A stretch of DNA of 64,000 nt, from assembly GCA_045130665.1 (NCBI GenBank), contig JBGUQC010000004.1, positions 434,283 to 498,282 on the forward strand, written 5' to 3'. The DNA is from Christensenellales bacterium. GTDB taxonomy: Bacteria > Bacillota > Clostridia > Christensenellales > CAG-917. Below the pieces are notes generated by a model. That model did not search any database. It saw only the letters and a program-made list of their open reading frames with translations, and had not been told where the DNA came from. Below are positions 37,099 to 46,048 of the stretch, piece by piece (the first letter of the stretch is position 1; each line of letters opens with the position of its first letter). The translations under genes and the position numbers were made by a program.

Positions 37099-37629
37099 AT
37101 GAAAGCAACTACGAGATTTATAACATCCACTGCGCTTTTTACTGCAATTCTTATTGCGGTACAATTTGCTTTATCTGGAGTTGGAGGCGTTGAGCTTGTA
37201 ACTGTTGTATTTCTCGCGTTTTGTTATTGCGCAGGGCAAAGAGCAGGCGTAACAGTTGGAATATGTTTTTCACTACTTAGATGTTTCTTGTTTGGTTTTT
37301 ATCCAACTGTTGTGGTTTTGTATTTAATTTATTACCCAAGCTTTGCTCTTTTCTTTGGCTTTCTAGGAAAAAAGTTTGGACAAGATATTTCTATATATAA
37401 ATATATAGCAATAATTCTTTTATCCACCACATTCACAGTAATGTTCACTCTATTAGATGATGTTGTAACACCATTAATGTTTGGATTTAATAATACAGCA
37501 ATGCTTAGTTATTTCTATGCATCTATTCCATTTATGGTGGCTCAATCTATTTGCACTCTAATATCTGTGGCGCTGCTCTTTAAACCGCTAGCAAAAGTAT
37601 TCACTCTAGCAAAATTAAATAATTTATAA
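37099..37629 (+). CDS. small 5-6-TM membrane protein, ECF-transporter S-component-like (candidate B12-specific, CbrT-like)
   Basis: 176 aa, very hydrophobic, starting 3 nt after the DUF4430 gene under the same riboswitch. Confidence 0.4.
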   Translation: MKATTRFITSTALFTAILIAVQFALSGVGGVELVTVVFLAFCYCAGQRAGVTVGICFSLLRCFLFGFYPTVVVLYLIYYPSFALFFGFLGKKFGQDISIYKYIAIILLSTTFTVMFTLLDDVVTPLMFGFNNTAMLSYFYASIPFMVAQSICTLISVALLFKPLAKVFTLAKLNNL

Positions 37630-37634
37630 TAATG

Positions 37635-37662
37635 AAGCCGGGATAAGACCCGGCTTTTGTTT
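37635..37662 (+). terminator. terminator after the riboswitch-controlled pair
   Basis: AAGCCGGG-ataaga-CCCGGCTT followed by TTGTTT. Confidence 0.75.
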
Positions 37663-37723
37663 CATTATTTTTATATATGAAAAAGGTTTGATACTCATTA
37701 TACATTTTAGTAAATACTTTTAT

Positions 37724-37752
37724 TTGACTTTTTTAAAAAATTTTTTTATATT
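37724..37752 (+). promoter_or_regulatory. promoter of tRNA-Ser(UGA)
   Basis: TTGACT, a 17-nt spacer, then TATATT. The mature tRNA 5' end is about 27 nt downstream. Confidence 0.45.
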
Positions 37753-37779
37753 TTATGAAGTTTAATAAAAAAAGGTATT

Positions 37780-37867
37780 GGAGAGATGGCTGAGCGGTCG
37801 AAAGCGGCGGTCTTGAAAACCGTTGAAGTGCAAGCTTCCTTGGGTTCGAATCCCAATCTCTCCGCCA
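37780..37867 (+). tRNA. tRNA-Ser (anticodon UGA), CCA encoded
   Basis: Acceptor stem GGAGAGA/TCTCTCC, anticodon loop CT-TGA-AA, long variable arm, T-arm TTGGG-TTCGAAT-CCCAA, 3' GCCA. Confidence 0.93.
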
Positions 37868-37901
37868 AAAAACGAACCCTAAATTTGGGTTCGTATTTTT
37901 T
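37868..37901. terminator. bidirectional terminator after tRNA-Ser / convergent gene
   Basis: ACGAACCC-taaattt-GGGTTCGT flanked by AAAAA and ATTTTTT. Confidence 0.75.
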
Positions 37902-38862
37902 ATTTATTAATCTTTGCCTCTGCATAACCAATACACTCTCTTCCGCGGATCATATTCGATGTGTCTCGTGCGTTGAAATAAAGTCTTAAAACATCACCGC
38001 AGCGTATCAAGTGGCTGGCATAAACATATTGATGCATCCAACTCTTAGAATCACTTGAGTCTGGCTCTATCAACACTTTTTCAAAATCAAAATGTATTCC
38101 ATCTTGAGAACTCAGTAACAAAATTGCCGAGTGACTGTCGCCATCCTTTTCAAAAATTCCATTTTGTATTCCGATATACCCATCCTTAAGTGCGTAAACT
38201 TTGAGGCACCCGCTACATAAATTGAGATATTCGTTATTAACATCAGGTGAAATAATTGGTTTATCTACTGGTGAAAAACCTTCAATTGGCGAATTGCTTT
38301 CGGCATAAGAAACATATGTTGGTTCGCAAAAACCACAGTCTTTTATAAAAGTCAACCCGCATGAAAAATACAATCTATATGTTTCTCCAATACGCAACAA
38401 GAATGGATTTGAAATAGATTTCCCGCGCTCACTTTTTTCATACCCTAATGCATCGACTACAACAGGTTTCGGTTTATCCCAATGTACGAGATCCGTACTC
38501 GTACAGGCATAAATCTCCGAGCGCCATTTTGCTAAATTAATAAGGTTGAGTCCATTTGCAAGCAAACTACGTGTCTTCTCAAAATATAATATGTATTTAT
38601 CCTCTATCTTATTTATATTAGGACGCATTGCATTGGATATCACTTTTTGTATCTTGTCAAAATGTATCCCATCATCTGATGCGAAATGATATACTCCCGT
38701 TGTACAGTGAAAAAACATATGAAAGCGATTATCAAACGCTTCATCTGGTGTAAGTAACGATGGATCAGCAACTACAAAAGAAGCACCAAAAGGCGCAAGT
38801 ATTGGTTCTTTATTTACCTTAAAGTCCATATTTAGAAGTTGGTGTATGGTTAAATCTTTCAT
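37900..38862 (-). CDS. hypothetical protein, five-bladed beta-propeller glycosidase-like (GH43/GH130-superfamily-like), function unknown
   Basis: 320 aa. Recurrent blade-like segments (FHMFFH..., YILYFE..., YRLYFS..., LRLYFNA...) are the only basis for this call. Confidence 0.3.
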   Translation of the reverse strand: MKDLTIHQLLNMDFKVNKEPILAPFGASFVVADPSLLTPDEAFDNRFHMFFHCTTGVYHFASDDGIHFDKIQKVISNAMRPNINKIEDKYILYFEKTRSLLANGLNLINLAKWRSEIYACTSTDLVHWDKPKPVVVDALGYEKSERGKSISNPFLLRIGETYRLYFSCGLTFIKDCGFCEPTYVSYAESNSPIEGFSPVDKPIISPDVNNEYLNLCSGCLKVYALKDGYIGIQNGIFEKDGDSHSAILLLSSQDGIHFDFEKVLIEPDSSDSKSWMHQYVYASHLIRCGDVLRLYFNARDTSNMIRGRECIGYAEAKINK

Positions 38863-38975
38863 TGCATCCTCTCCTTTTGAACATGCTTTTTATTGTTTCA
38901 AAATGGTTACTAAATTTATGTTACAATTTCACCACCAAAAAGTATAGACCTAATGTACTGTATTATTTATATTAA

Positions 38976-39770
38976 TTATAATTTGAGAAAATTTTTAATA
39001 TTGAGTCCGAGGATTTTCTCCTTTTCATCATCAGTTAATTGAAGATTGTCAAATAACTGTAATTCATCTGCAGCTTTCCACATTGGATAATCGGAACCAA
39101 AGAAGTATTTCTCTGCACCGAATTCCTTAATAATAGAAGTTGCTCTTTCTGAACTTAAAAAACTTAATGAGGATGTTGTATCAAAATGGAAGTTGTCATT
39201 TTCAATATTATGATATAAACCAACATCATCCCATTTGGTATATCCGCCCATATGTGCGGCGATAACTTGTAAATTCTTATATGTGTTTAAGATTGTAATG
39301 AGCCTATTAATATTAGAGTAATCATAACGAGGATCACCCATATGCATAAGTATTGGCAATCTACCCTCAACTATTCTGTATATCTTTTTTGCTCTTTCTT
39401 CATCTATATAAAATCTTTGGCAGTCTGGATGCAACTTTATGCCCTTTAATCCAAGAGAAATAGCTCTGTTTACTTCATTATATATTTCCTCTTCACTCAT
39501 ATCTGGATGAAGTGCCATAAAACCTATAAACTCACTATGCTCTAACATTTGAGAATGAACAAAATCATTAATTGAATATACTTGGTGAACTGTAGTTGCA
39601 ACAGAGTGGATTAAGCATTTGGAAATACCAGTTGCCTTTGTTTCCCTTAAAAGCTCTTCAATGGTGCCATTGGACCTAATTGGTGCATCATAGAATGTAC
39701 CAATAGATTGTGCTGCCTTGAAAGCAATCTTATCTGGATATACATGAACATGGGCGTTGAATATTTCCAC
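38976..39770 (-). CDS. TIM-barrel metal-dependent amidohydrolase (amidohydrolase-2 type)
   Basis: 264 aa with the N-terminal FNAHVHVYP metal motif, followed by KLHPD, MHMG and FGSDYP. Confidence 0.65.
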   Translation of the reverse strand: MEIFNAHVHVYPDKIAFKAAQSIGTFYDAPIRSNGTIEELLRETKATGISKCLIHSVATTVHQVYSINDFVHSQMLEHSEFIGFMALHPDMSEEEIYNEVNRAISLGLKGIKLHPDCQRFYIDEERAKKIYRIVEGRLPILMHMGDPRYDYSNINRLITILNTYKNLQVIAAHMGGYTKWDDVGLYHNIENDNFHFDTTSSLSFLSSERATSIIKEFGAEKYFFGSDYPMWKAADELQLFDNLQLTDDEKEKILGLNIKNFLKL

Positions 39771-39835
39771 TGCTATTCCCTCGTTTTTTTATTATCAATT
39801 AATTATATCAATATATAAAAATAACGCTAGCAAAA

Positions 39836-39870
39836 TAAATAAAAAGGACTCAGATTATTCCAAGTCCTTT
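39836..39870 (-). terminator. terminator after the FAD protein gene
   Basis: Minus strand reads AAAGGACT-tggaataatctg-AGTCCTTT followed by TTATTTATTT. Confidence 0.65.
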
Positions 39871-39892
39871 ATTATTATATATTTTGTCAATA

Positions 39893-41311
39893 TTAGAAGA
39901 AACGACCTACGATATCTTTAGATGCTGCACAGGTATCTTCCATATCGCCGAAGCTGATAATTTCTCCAGCATAATATGTGTTCTTTGTTCCTTGCATTTC
40001 CTCTAACTTATCATACCAACCATCAGCGAAATCTTTTGGTGATACGTGTGGACAATAATATGATTCTTGCTCGTATAATCTTTCTTTGATTGGGAATCCA
40101 TAGCTTTCTACGTCTTCAACCATTGTCTTGATTGTGTAGTCATATGGAACACTTTCATCACCAAGGTGGTTTCTAAGAGCATAAACTGTACATGGACAAT
40201 TTGTCTCTAAGTCCTTCCATCTGTGATAGTAAACCATTGTATGTCCACGTGTTTCTGGTGTCATGTTGTCGAACATGTAAGCAGAAATTGTTGGTCCCTT
40301 GTCTTCTTCGAATCTTGCGATGAAGTCTACATATTCTTCGTGGATAATCTTTGAGAATAATTCCTTTTCGCCATCTGTTGCATCTGCAAATTTTGCAAAC
40401 TTGTCTAATGGTGTTGTAACGATTAACTTGTCGAATACTTCTTCTCTTTCGCCTTTTTCGTCTTTGATTGTTACTGTAACTTTTCCATTATCTCTTACAA
40501 CTTTAACTACTTCTGTGTTAAGGTGTGCTGGATTCTTTAATTTATTGTTTGCTTGTACATAGATGTTTTGTGTTCCATCTTTCCATGTCCAAAGTCTTAA
40601 TGCAACGAACTCAATAGCTGTTGTTGTATCTAAGTACTTCATAACATAAGAAGCTGGAATTTCATCAAAGTAACCATATCCGAATGATGTGTATGGTCCA
40701 ATCCAAATTCTTTGAACTTCTTCTACACCATTGATCTTACAGAATTCTGAGAATGGTAATGCTAAATCTTTAAGATTTGGGTTTTCACCTTCCATGTATT
40801 GGAGTGGTCTTTCAACTTCTTTAGATAATCCTGCATATTTACCTTGTGCGACACCTCTGTGTCCATAGCAATCATATCCTGCATATTTGGTCTTCATTAA
40901 TTCAACTAATTTCTTCATTTGTTTCTTTAATTTGATAAGGCCAAATAATTTCTTGAATGAGAAATCTACTTTTGGATTGAATGGTTCAATAACGTTACCT
41001 TTTTGGTCACGATATTCTCTTCTCATTGGAGGGCCATCTACAAAGTCTGGACCTTCTGTATGAGTTACACCTGCGAACTCTTCTACTTCATGAACTGCAA
41101 AGTATGTTTTTGCACCCATAATAGCACCAGTTTCATAGGTTCTTTCTTCACCATTTACGTCGATTTTTGGTGACCAAGCTTTTCCACCGATTTTGTTAAG
41201 TCTTTCATAAATTTCGTAATTTGTATAACCTTTCTTTTCAAGATACATTGCTGCTGAAATACCAGCAGGACCTGCACCAATTATACAAACTCTGTCTTTT
41301 ACATCTGCCAT
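39893..41311 (-). CDS. FAD-dependent amine-oxidase-fold protein; possibly polyenoic fatty-acid isomerase family
   Basis: 472 aa with the dinucleotide fold VCIIGAGPAGISAAMYLEKKGY...ERLNKIGGK and the C-terminal YYAGEIISFG. The family suggestion comes from memory of the Cutibacterium acnes linoleate isomerase and is unverified. Confidence 0.6.
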   Translation of the reverse strand: MADVKDRVCIIGAGPAGISAAMYLEKKGYTNYEIYERLNKIGGKAWSPKIDVNGEERTYETGAIMGAKTYFAVHEVEEFAGVTHTEGPDFVDGPPMRREYRDQKGNVIEPFNPKVDFSFKKLFGLIKLKKQMKKLVELMKTKYAGYDCYGHRGVAQGKYAGLSKEVERPLQYMEGENPNLKDLALPFSEFCKINGVEEVQRIWIGPYTSFGYGYFDEIPASYVMKYLDTTTAIEFVALRLWTWKDGTQNIYVQANNKLKNPAHLNTEVVKVVRDNGKVTVTIKDEKGEREEVFDKLIVTTPLDKFAKFADATDGEKELFSKIIHEEYVDFIARFEEDKGPTISAYMFDNMTPETRGHTMVYYHRWKDLETNCPCTVYALRNHLGDESVPYDYTIKTMVEDVESYGFPIKERLYEQESYYCPHVSPKDFADGWYDKLEEMQGTKNTYYAGEIISFGDMEDTCAASKDIVGRFF

Positions 41312-41412
41312 ATTGTTGTCCCCTTTTTTAGTGTTATTTTAAAATTTACAAAAAATTTTATTTCTTAAATATTATAGCAAATATCGCCCCTATTTGTATA
41401 TAGTGTTCGGGA

Positions 41413-41477
41413 AAATAAATAAAAAAACGCCGATTTACAACCGGTTTTTGCATTCTAAACCTATGTTTCGGCGTTTT
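41413..41477 (-). terminator. long-loop hairpin terminator after the COG0523 gene
   Basis: Minus strand has AAAACGCCGA ... TCGGCGTTTT, 10-bp arms around a ~34-nt loop, followed by TTTTTTATTTATTT. Confidence 0.45.
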
Positions 41478-41485
41478 GTAAGCTA

Positions 41486-42619
41486 TTATTTAAGTAATGA
41501 ATCTAAGTCTTTGATGATAGCATCAATGTCCATTCCTTTACCGATGAACACTAACTTAATGATCTTATCTCCAACATTTTCGTCCCATTCTGCAGCTACA
41601 TCTGGGTTGTATTTTAAGATGTTTGCGATGTCATCTTCTGGCATCTCAACTACCCATTCACCAACGTTAACAAGTTGCTTTTGTTTACCAGCTTGTTCGA
41701 ACATATACATGTTATGTTGGTCTCTTGTAATCCATACTACACCCTTACAACGAATGATGCTCTTTGGATATCTTGTTGTTGCCCATTCTTTAAACTTTGC
41801 AAAGTTGAATGGTTGTCTTCTCTTGTATACGAATGTTTGGATATTGTACTCAAGGACTTCACCTTCTGGCTCATCCTCTTCCTCTTCCATTTCTTCTAAA
41901 CCTTTAATCCATGCTGCAGAACCTGAAGCTGTTTCGAAGTCAAAGGATTTGGTATTTAAGATCTTATCTAATGAAACTACACCTTGTGTTGAATAAATAT
42001 ATTCTGCATCTGGCTGTAATGCCTTTAATACTGCGGTAACTTCTTTTAGGTCTTCCTCGGAAATTAAGTCTACTTTGTTGATGATAATCTTTGTACAGAA
42101 TTCAACTTGTTGAATAATGAGGTTTTCAATATCGTCATCTTCGATATCTTTCTTCATTAATTCTCTTCCGCTTCCGAACTCTTCAACTAATCTTGCAGCA
42201 TCAACAACTGAAACAACGTTATCTAGTCTTACACCATAACTTTGCTTTTCGTTTCTTAATGCTTCTGAAAGATATTCTATTGTTTGTACAATTGGAACTG
42301 GTTCACAGATACCACTTGCCTCGATAAGAATGTAATCACACATTCCAGATCTTGCGAGTTTATCTAATTGATCCATTAAGTCTTGCTTTAATGTACAACA
42401 AATACATCCGTTTTGAAGTGGAACTAATGTATCATCTGTTTGTTTAACCATTCCACCTGCTGCGATAAGGCTAGAGTCAATATTTACCTCACCTATATCG
42501 TTTACGATAACTGCAACCTTATATCCTTCTTGATTGTTCAATACGTGATTTAATAATGTTGTTTTGCCAGCACCTAAGTAACCTGTTAATAAAGTAATTG
42601 GTACAATACGTCTTTCCAT
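41486..42619 (-). CDS. COG0523-family (CobW/ZigA-like) metallochaperone GTPase
   Basis: 377 aa with the P-loop GYLGAGKTTLLN, the metal motif NGCICCT, and an acidic insert EEMEEEEDEPEGE. Confidence 0.8.
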   Translation of the reverse strand: MERRIVPITLLTGYLGAGKTTLLNHVLNNQEGYKVAVIVNDIGEVNIDSSLIAAGGMVKQTDDTLVPLQNGCICCTLKQDLMDQLDKLARSGMCDYILIEASGICEPVPIVQTIEYLSEALRNEKQSYGVRLDNVVSVVDAARLVEEFGSGRELMKKDIEDDDIENLIIQQVEFCTKIIINKVDLISEEDLKEVTAVLKALQPDAEYIYSTQGVVSLDKILNTKSFDFETASGSAAWIKGLEEMEEEEDEPEGEVLEYNIQTFVYKRRQPFNFAKFKEWATTRYPKSIIRCKGVVWITRDQHNMYMFEQAGKQKQLVNVGEWVVEMPEDDIANILKYNPDVAAEWDENVGDKIIKLVFIGKGMDIDAIIKDLDSLLK

Positions 42620-42690
42620 AAAACCACCTATATATTTTTATTGTTAACAAATTATACACCAAAAATTGACTTATAGTAAACTATAAAGCG

Positions 42691-42719
42691 TTGAAAGATA
42701 ATTAAAATGTTAATATAAT
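42691..42719 (+). promoter_or_regulatory. promoter placed so that the CYTH gene would be leaderless
   Basis: TTGAAA, a 17-nt spacer, then TATAAT ending 6 nt before ATG 42726. There is no SD between them. Confidence 0.45.
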
Positions 42720-42725
42720 GAATCT

Positions 42726-43211
42726 ATGGGATTAGAAATAGAATACAAGTATTTAGTAAACGAAATACCTTTTTATTTAGATGAGTTCAAACATAGTGAG
42801 ATAGAACAGGTTTATTTATCCATGCCAAATGCACTTGAAAATAGTTCATACCGCATTAGAATAATGGATGGAAAGATACTATATTGTGTTAAAGGTGAAG
42901 GCCTTATTCAAAGAGAAGAAAAAGAATATGAAATACCTGTTGAAAAGTATGATGAACTCATTAAGTTTATGTATGGTTATCCTATTTGTAAAACTAGATA
43001 CTTCATCCCTATCCAAGATGGATTAATTGCTGAACTTGATATATACCATAAACAGCTTAATGGTCTTATGACTGTCGAGGTTGAATTTAAACCTGAATAC
43101 GATAGAAATAAATTCGTCCCTCCTGTTTGGTTTGGGAAGGACGTTACTAGTGATGCAAGATACAAGAATGCATCTCTTGCGAATTTAGATAATATTGATT
43201 CTTTATTATAA
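42726..43211 (+). CDS. CYTH-domain protein (triphosphate tunnel metalloenzyme)
   Basis: 161 aa. The N-terminal LEIEYKYLV corresponds to the ExExK signature, and the size is typical of stand-alone CYTH proteins. Confidence 0.7.
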   Translation: MGLEIEYKYLVNEIPFYLDEFKHSEIEQVYLSMPNALENSSYRIRIMDGKILYCVKGEGLIQREEKEYEIPVEKYDELIKFMYGYPICKTRYFIPIQDGLIAELDIYHKQLNGLMTVEVEFKPEYDRNKFVPPVWFGKDVTSDARYKNASLANLDNIDSLL

Positions 43212-44096
43212 GTATTTTTCTAAGAACTTAAGGATTGGATTATAATACTCATCCCCTGCAAGTTGTGAGCCAGCGTGCCCACAATTTTCAACTATATTTA
43301 TTTCTTTTTCTGTTGGACATACTGCATATAAATCCTCTGCGGACTTGTATGGTATGAATAAGTCTGCCTTACCATGAACAAAGAACATAGGATATTTTGC
43401 GTGTTCTACACAGCCTATTGGAGAAATTGTTGTATAGTCTATACCTAATGTTTTCTTTGCTACTTTTTCAGAAGACTTTATAAGTCCCTTTGGAGCAAAT
43501 CCAATAATTGCCTTACATGTCATCTCAAATTCCCATTGAATTGTTTCGAAGGAACAGTCTTCAACAATTGCTACTACATTTTCCATGTCCTTGCATGAAG
43601 CCATACATACTGTTGCTCCACCTAAAGATGTACCATGAAGAACAATCTTTCCATCTGGGATACGTTTATTTATAAACTTAACCCAAATACCAACATCGTC
43701 ACTTTCTTTAATACCAAAGGTTGTATATTCACCATCGCTGGTACCGAATGATCTATTATCATATAGCAATACATTGAATCCTTTTTGGAAGAATGTATAT
43801 CCGTGCTTGGAATTATCTCTATATGCATCTGATTGATAGCCGTGAACAAGAATAACTGTTTTCTTGCTACCTGCATCATAGAAATAACCTCTCAGTGTTA
43901 TTCCATCATCTGTCTCTATTTCAACATTTTCACTTGGATATGCTTGAAGCAGCGCTTTGTATTTTTCTGTGCTTTCACAAAGTTCTGGGAATCTATCTCC
44001 CATTAACTTCTTTGCCATTGTACTATTAGGATCCATTGGCTTTGGATTCTTTTGTCTTCTAAATGTTCCATTAAATATTGCTTTGCCTAAACACAT
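43206..44096 (-). CDS. alpha/beta-fold hydrolase
   Basis: The start is set at ATG 44096 (MCLGK; GGAGG 7 nt upstream) instead of the track's TTG. It has the nucleophile elbow LHGTSLGG and the HG motif ILVHGY. Confidence 0.7.
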   Translation of the reverse strand: MCLGKAIFNGTFRRQKNPKPMDPNSTMAKKLMGDRFPELCESTEKYKALLQAYPSENVEIETDDGITLRGYFYDAGSKKTVILVHGYQSDAYRDNSKHGYTFFQKGFNVLLYDNRSFGTSDGEYTTFGIKESDDVGIWVKFINKRIPDGKIVLHGTSLGGATVCMASCKDMENVVAIVEDCSFETIQWEFEMTCKAIIGFAPKGLIKSSEKVAKKTLGIDYTTISPIGCVEHAKYPMFFVHGKADLFIPYKSAEDLYAVCPTEKEINIVENCGHAGSQLAGDEYYNPILKFLEKYL

Positions 44097-44117
44097 TGTT
44101 TTATCCTCCAATGTATA

Positions 44118-45227
44118 TCACTTTTTCTTTATAAATGCAGCGAGTGATGTATTGCTTTCGCCAGAGACATAATCCTTAGTTGCATTTACTGCATGAGGAT
44201 CATGGGCTTCTAAATAATCTACTATCTCTTTTGCATCATTATCAAAGGTGAGCTTTTCAAAATCTGTTCCTATTAATTTAAAGAACTCATCTTCGTACAT
44301 AATCTTTATGTGAGAACCACTTCTTCCTCTAGCTCTAGACATAAATCCTTCTTGTTTGCATCCTCTATAAGAAACAAAAATATTTGATAAAAAAGTGTCT
44401 TTAGTTAACCTAGATCCATAGTTTATCAATACATTTTGAATAGAACGAACATAATTGGCATCTGAATATAGTAACTTATCATTGAGCAAAATATTCTTTC
44501 CAGATAGTATATTCTTCTTTATTTCAGTAGGGACTTTTAAAGTGTCATCATAGACTTCATATAGTATATCTAAGTGTCTTTTGGACCTCTTATTTTCGCC
44601 CCTTCCATCTAGATATTTTTTATGATATGTAGGTCTCGTTCTGTCTATTTTATTCTCCCCTGGAATAATTTCATACTTTTCCAATAACTCCAAAGGAGTT
44701 AAACCCTCTTTTTCACATATTTTTTGCAATATAATAAGGGTTGCTCTTGCATCTTCGTCTGACCTATGAGGGATGTATTCTATCTCCATTTGTTTAGCAA
44801 CATCTGGAAGGCTTGTTAAATGATTCTCATTATTAAGTATCATATAGATTTGAGCAACATCTATGAACTTGAATGGTATACGCTTAAGATGGTAAAAATC
44901 ACAGGCATTGTTAAGGTACTTAACATCGTTCTCCACTGCGTAACCAACAACTAAAATATCTCCATCAAAAATGGAGCAAATGGTTTTATATTGCTTGTCA
45001 AATTTTGGTGCAGCTCTAAATTGAGATTCAGGGTATGCTAACTCTATGTATTTCTTTTTTGAATAACTGGATGATAAAGAAAATTGTTTTGGTGCTGGGT
45101 TGACCAAAATATCTTCTTGCTTAGTGATATTAAAAGACGTATCTGCTAAACAATAGCCAAAGGAGCATAGAGAACCATCCTCTATACCCCCGCTACAACT
45201 TTCTATGTCATAAGATAATAATTGCAT
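44118..45227 (-). CDS. DEDDh (DnaQ-like) 3'-5' exonuclease with C-terminal BRCT-like domain
   Basis: 369 aa with Exo I YDIESC, the Exo III motif HRSDEDA, and C-terminal LSGKNILLNDKL...IKIMYEDEFFKLIG. Confidence 0.65.
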   Translation of the reverse strand: MQLLSYDIESCSGGIEDGSLCSFGYCLADTSFNITKQEDILVNPAPKQFSLSSSYSKKKYIELAYPESQFRAAPKFDKQYKTICSIFDGDILVVGYAVENDVKYLNNACDFYHLKRIPFKFIDVAQIYMILNNENHLTSLPDVAKQMEIEYIPHRSDEDARATLIILQKICEKEGLTPLELLEKYEIIPGENKIDRTRPTYHKKYLDGRGENKRSKRHLDILYEVYDDTLKVPTEIKKNILSGKNILLNDKLLYSDANYVRSIQNVLINYGSRLTKDTFLSNIFVSYRGCKQEGFMSRARGRSGSHIKIMYEDEFFKLIGTDFEKLTFDNDAKEIVDYLEAHDPHAVNATKDYVSGESNTSLAAFIKKK

Positions 45228-46036
45228 TATTCAATAATATTTGTTGTTATAAAGTCTACGCCGTAAGATATGAATTTTTTTGCAATCTCTGGATCATCTA
45301 ATGTCCATACATTTACCTTGATACCATTATCATGAAGTTCTTTAACTCTTGCCTCGGTTATTTCACGATAATAAATATCCAAGTCTAACTTGTTCTCCTT
45401 TAATGTCTTAACAAGTTTCTTATTATATCTCGTTGTTAAATATTCAACTGTAAAGTCTTTATCCATTTCTCTTAATACCAAACAGTTTGGTAAATCGAAT
45501 GAGATAAATACCATCTTGTGGATATATCCTATCTCTTTAATAATCTCAACGATTTCCTTAATGTGTTCTGGTTCGAAATGGTTCTTTAATTCCAATACAG
45601 CAACCTTGTCATACTCTTTACAAACTTCTACGTACTCTTGAAGAGATGGCATTGTTGTTGCCTCTGGAGTATCCTCGCCATTCTTTACATTCAACTTAAT
45701 GTTCTTTAATTCGTGGAAAGTGCTCTCCTCTACTTTTACCTTAACAGGTGCGACATTAGCTGTAGTATCATCGTGGATAATTATATACTTGCCATCTTTG
45801 GTGACATGTGTATCTGTTTCAATACCATAGAAGGACTTTTCACCAGCTGCTCTAAATGAAGCAATTGTGTTTTGTTGATGGAAAGATGAGTATCCTCTGT
45901 GAGCAACAAATAAAGTATTGCCTTTATCTTCGATAACAATTCTCTCTGTTGGTGGATGCTTTGCCCTTCTTATGTGGTTAATAATAATTCTTGGCATAAA
46001 ATACAACCTTGGTACTCTGTTTATCATTTTGAACAT
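45227..46036 (-). CDS. glycerophosphodiester phosphodiesterase
   Basis: The start is set at ATG 46036 (AAGGGG 8 nt upstream). It has FVAHRGYSS...NTIASF...GIETDTHVTKDGKYIIIHD. The stop overlaps the exonuclease start (TAATG). Confidence 0.8.
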   Translation of the reverse strand: MFKMINRVPRLYFMPRIIINHIRRAKHPPTERIVIEDKGNTLFVAHRGYSSFHQQNTIASFRAAGEKSFYGIETDTHVTKDGKYIIIHDDTTANVAPVKVKVEESTFHELKNIKLNVKNGEDTPEATTMPSLQEYVEVCKEYDKVAVLELKNHFEPEHIKEIVEIIKEIGYIHKMVFISFDLPNCLVLREMDKDFTVEYLTTRYNKKLVKTLKENKLDLDIYYREITEARVKELHDNGIKVNVWTLDDPEIAKKFISYGVDFITTNIIE

Positions 46037-46048
46037 ATTTAACACCCC

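Noticed and set aside
37780-37901. tRNA-Ser genes (here and at 53849-53937) as integration hot-spots with adjacent islands
   Set aside because: No integrase, direct repeat of the tRNA 3' end, or compositionally distinct block is visible next to either tRNA. The flanking genes look like ordinary metabolism.
41394-41996. 200-aa plus-strand ORF antisense to the COG0523 gene. Similar long antisense ORFs occur at 2959-3516, 14486-14992, 52131-52652, 30484-30918, 57341-57754 and elsewhere in the track.
   Set aside because: They lie entirely within well-supported genes on the other strand, are low-complexity (Ser/Leu/Phe/Ile-rich), and lack an SD. These are typical shadow ORFs of AT-rich coding DNA.
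43206-43211. 6-nt convergent overlap of the CYTH and alpha/beta hydrolase genes as a regulatory feature
   Set aside because: It is only overlapping stop regions (TTATTATAA). It is common in compact genomes and nothing further supports a function.
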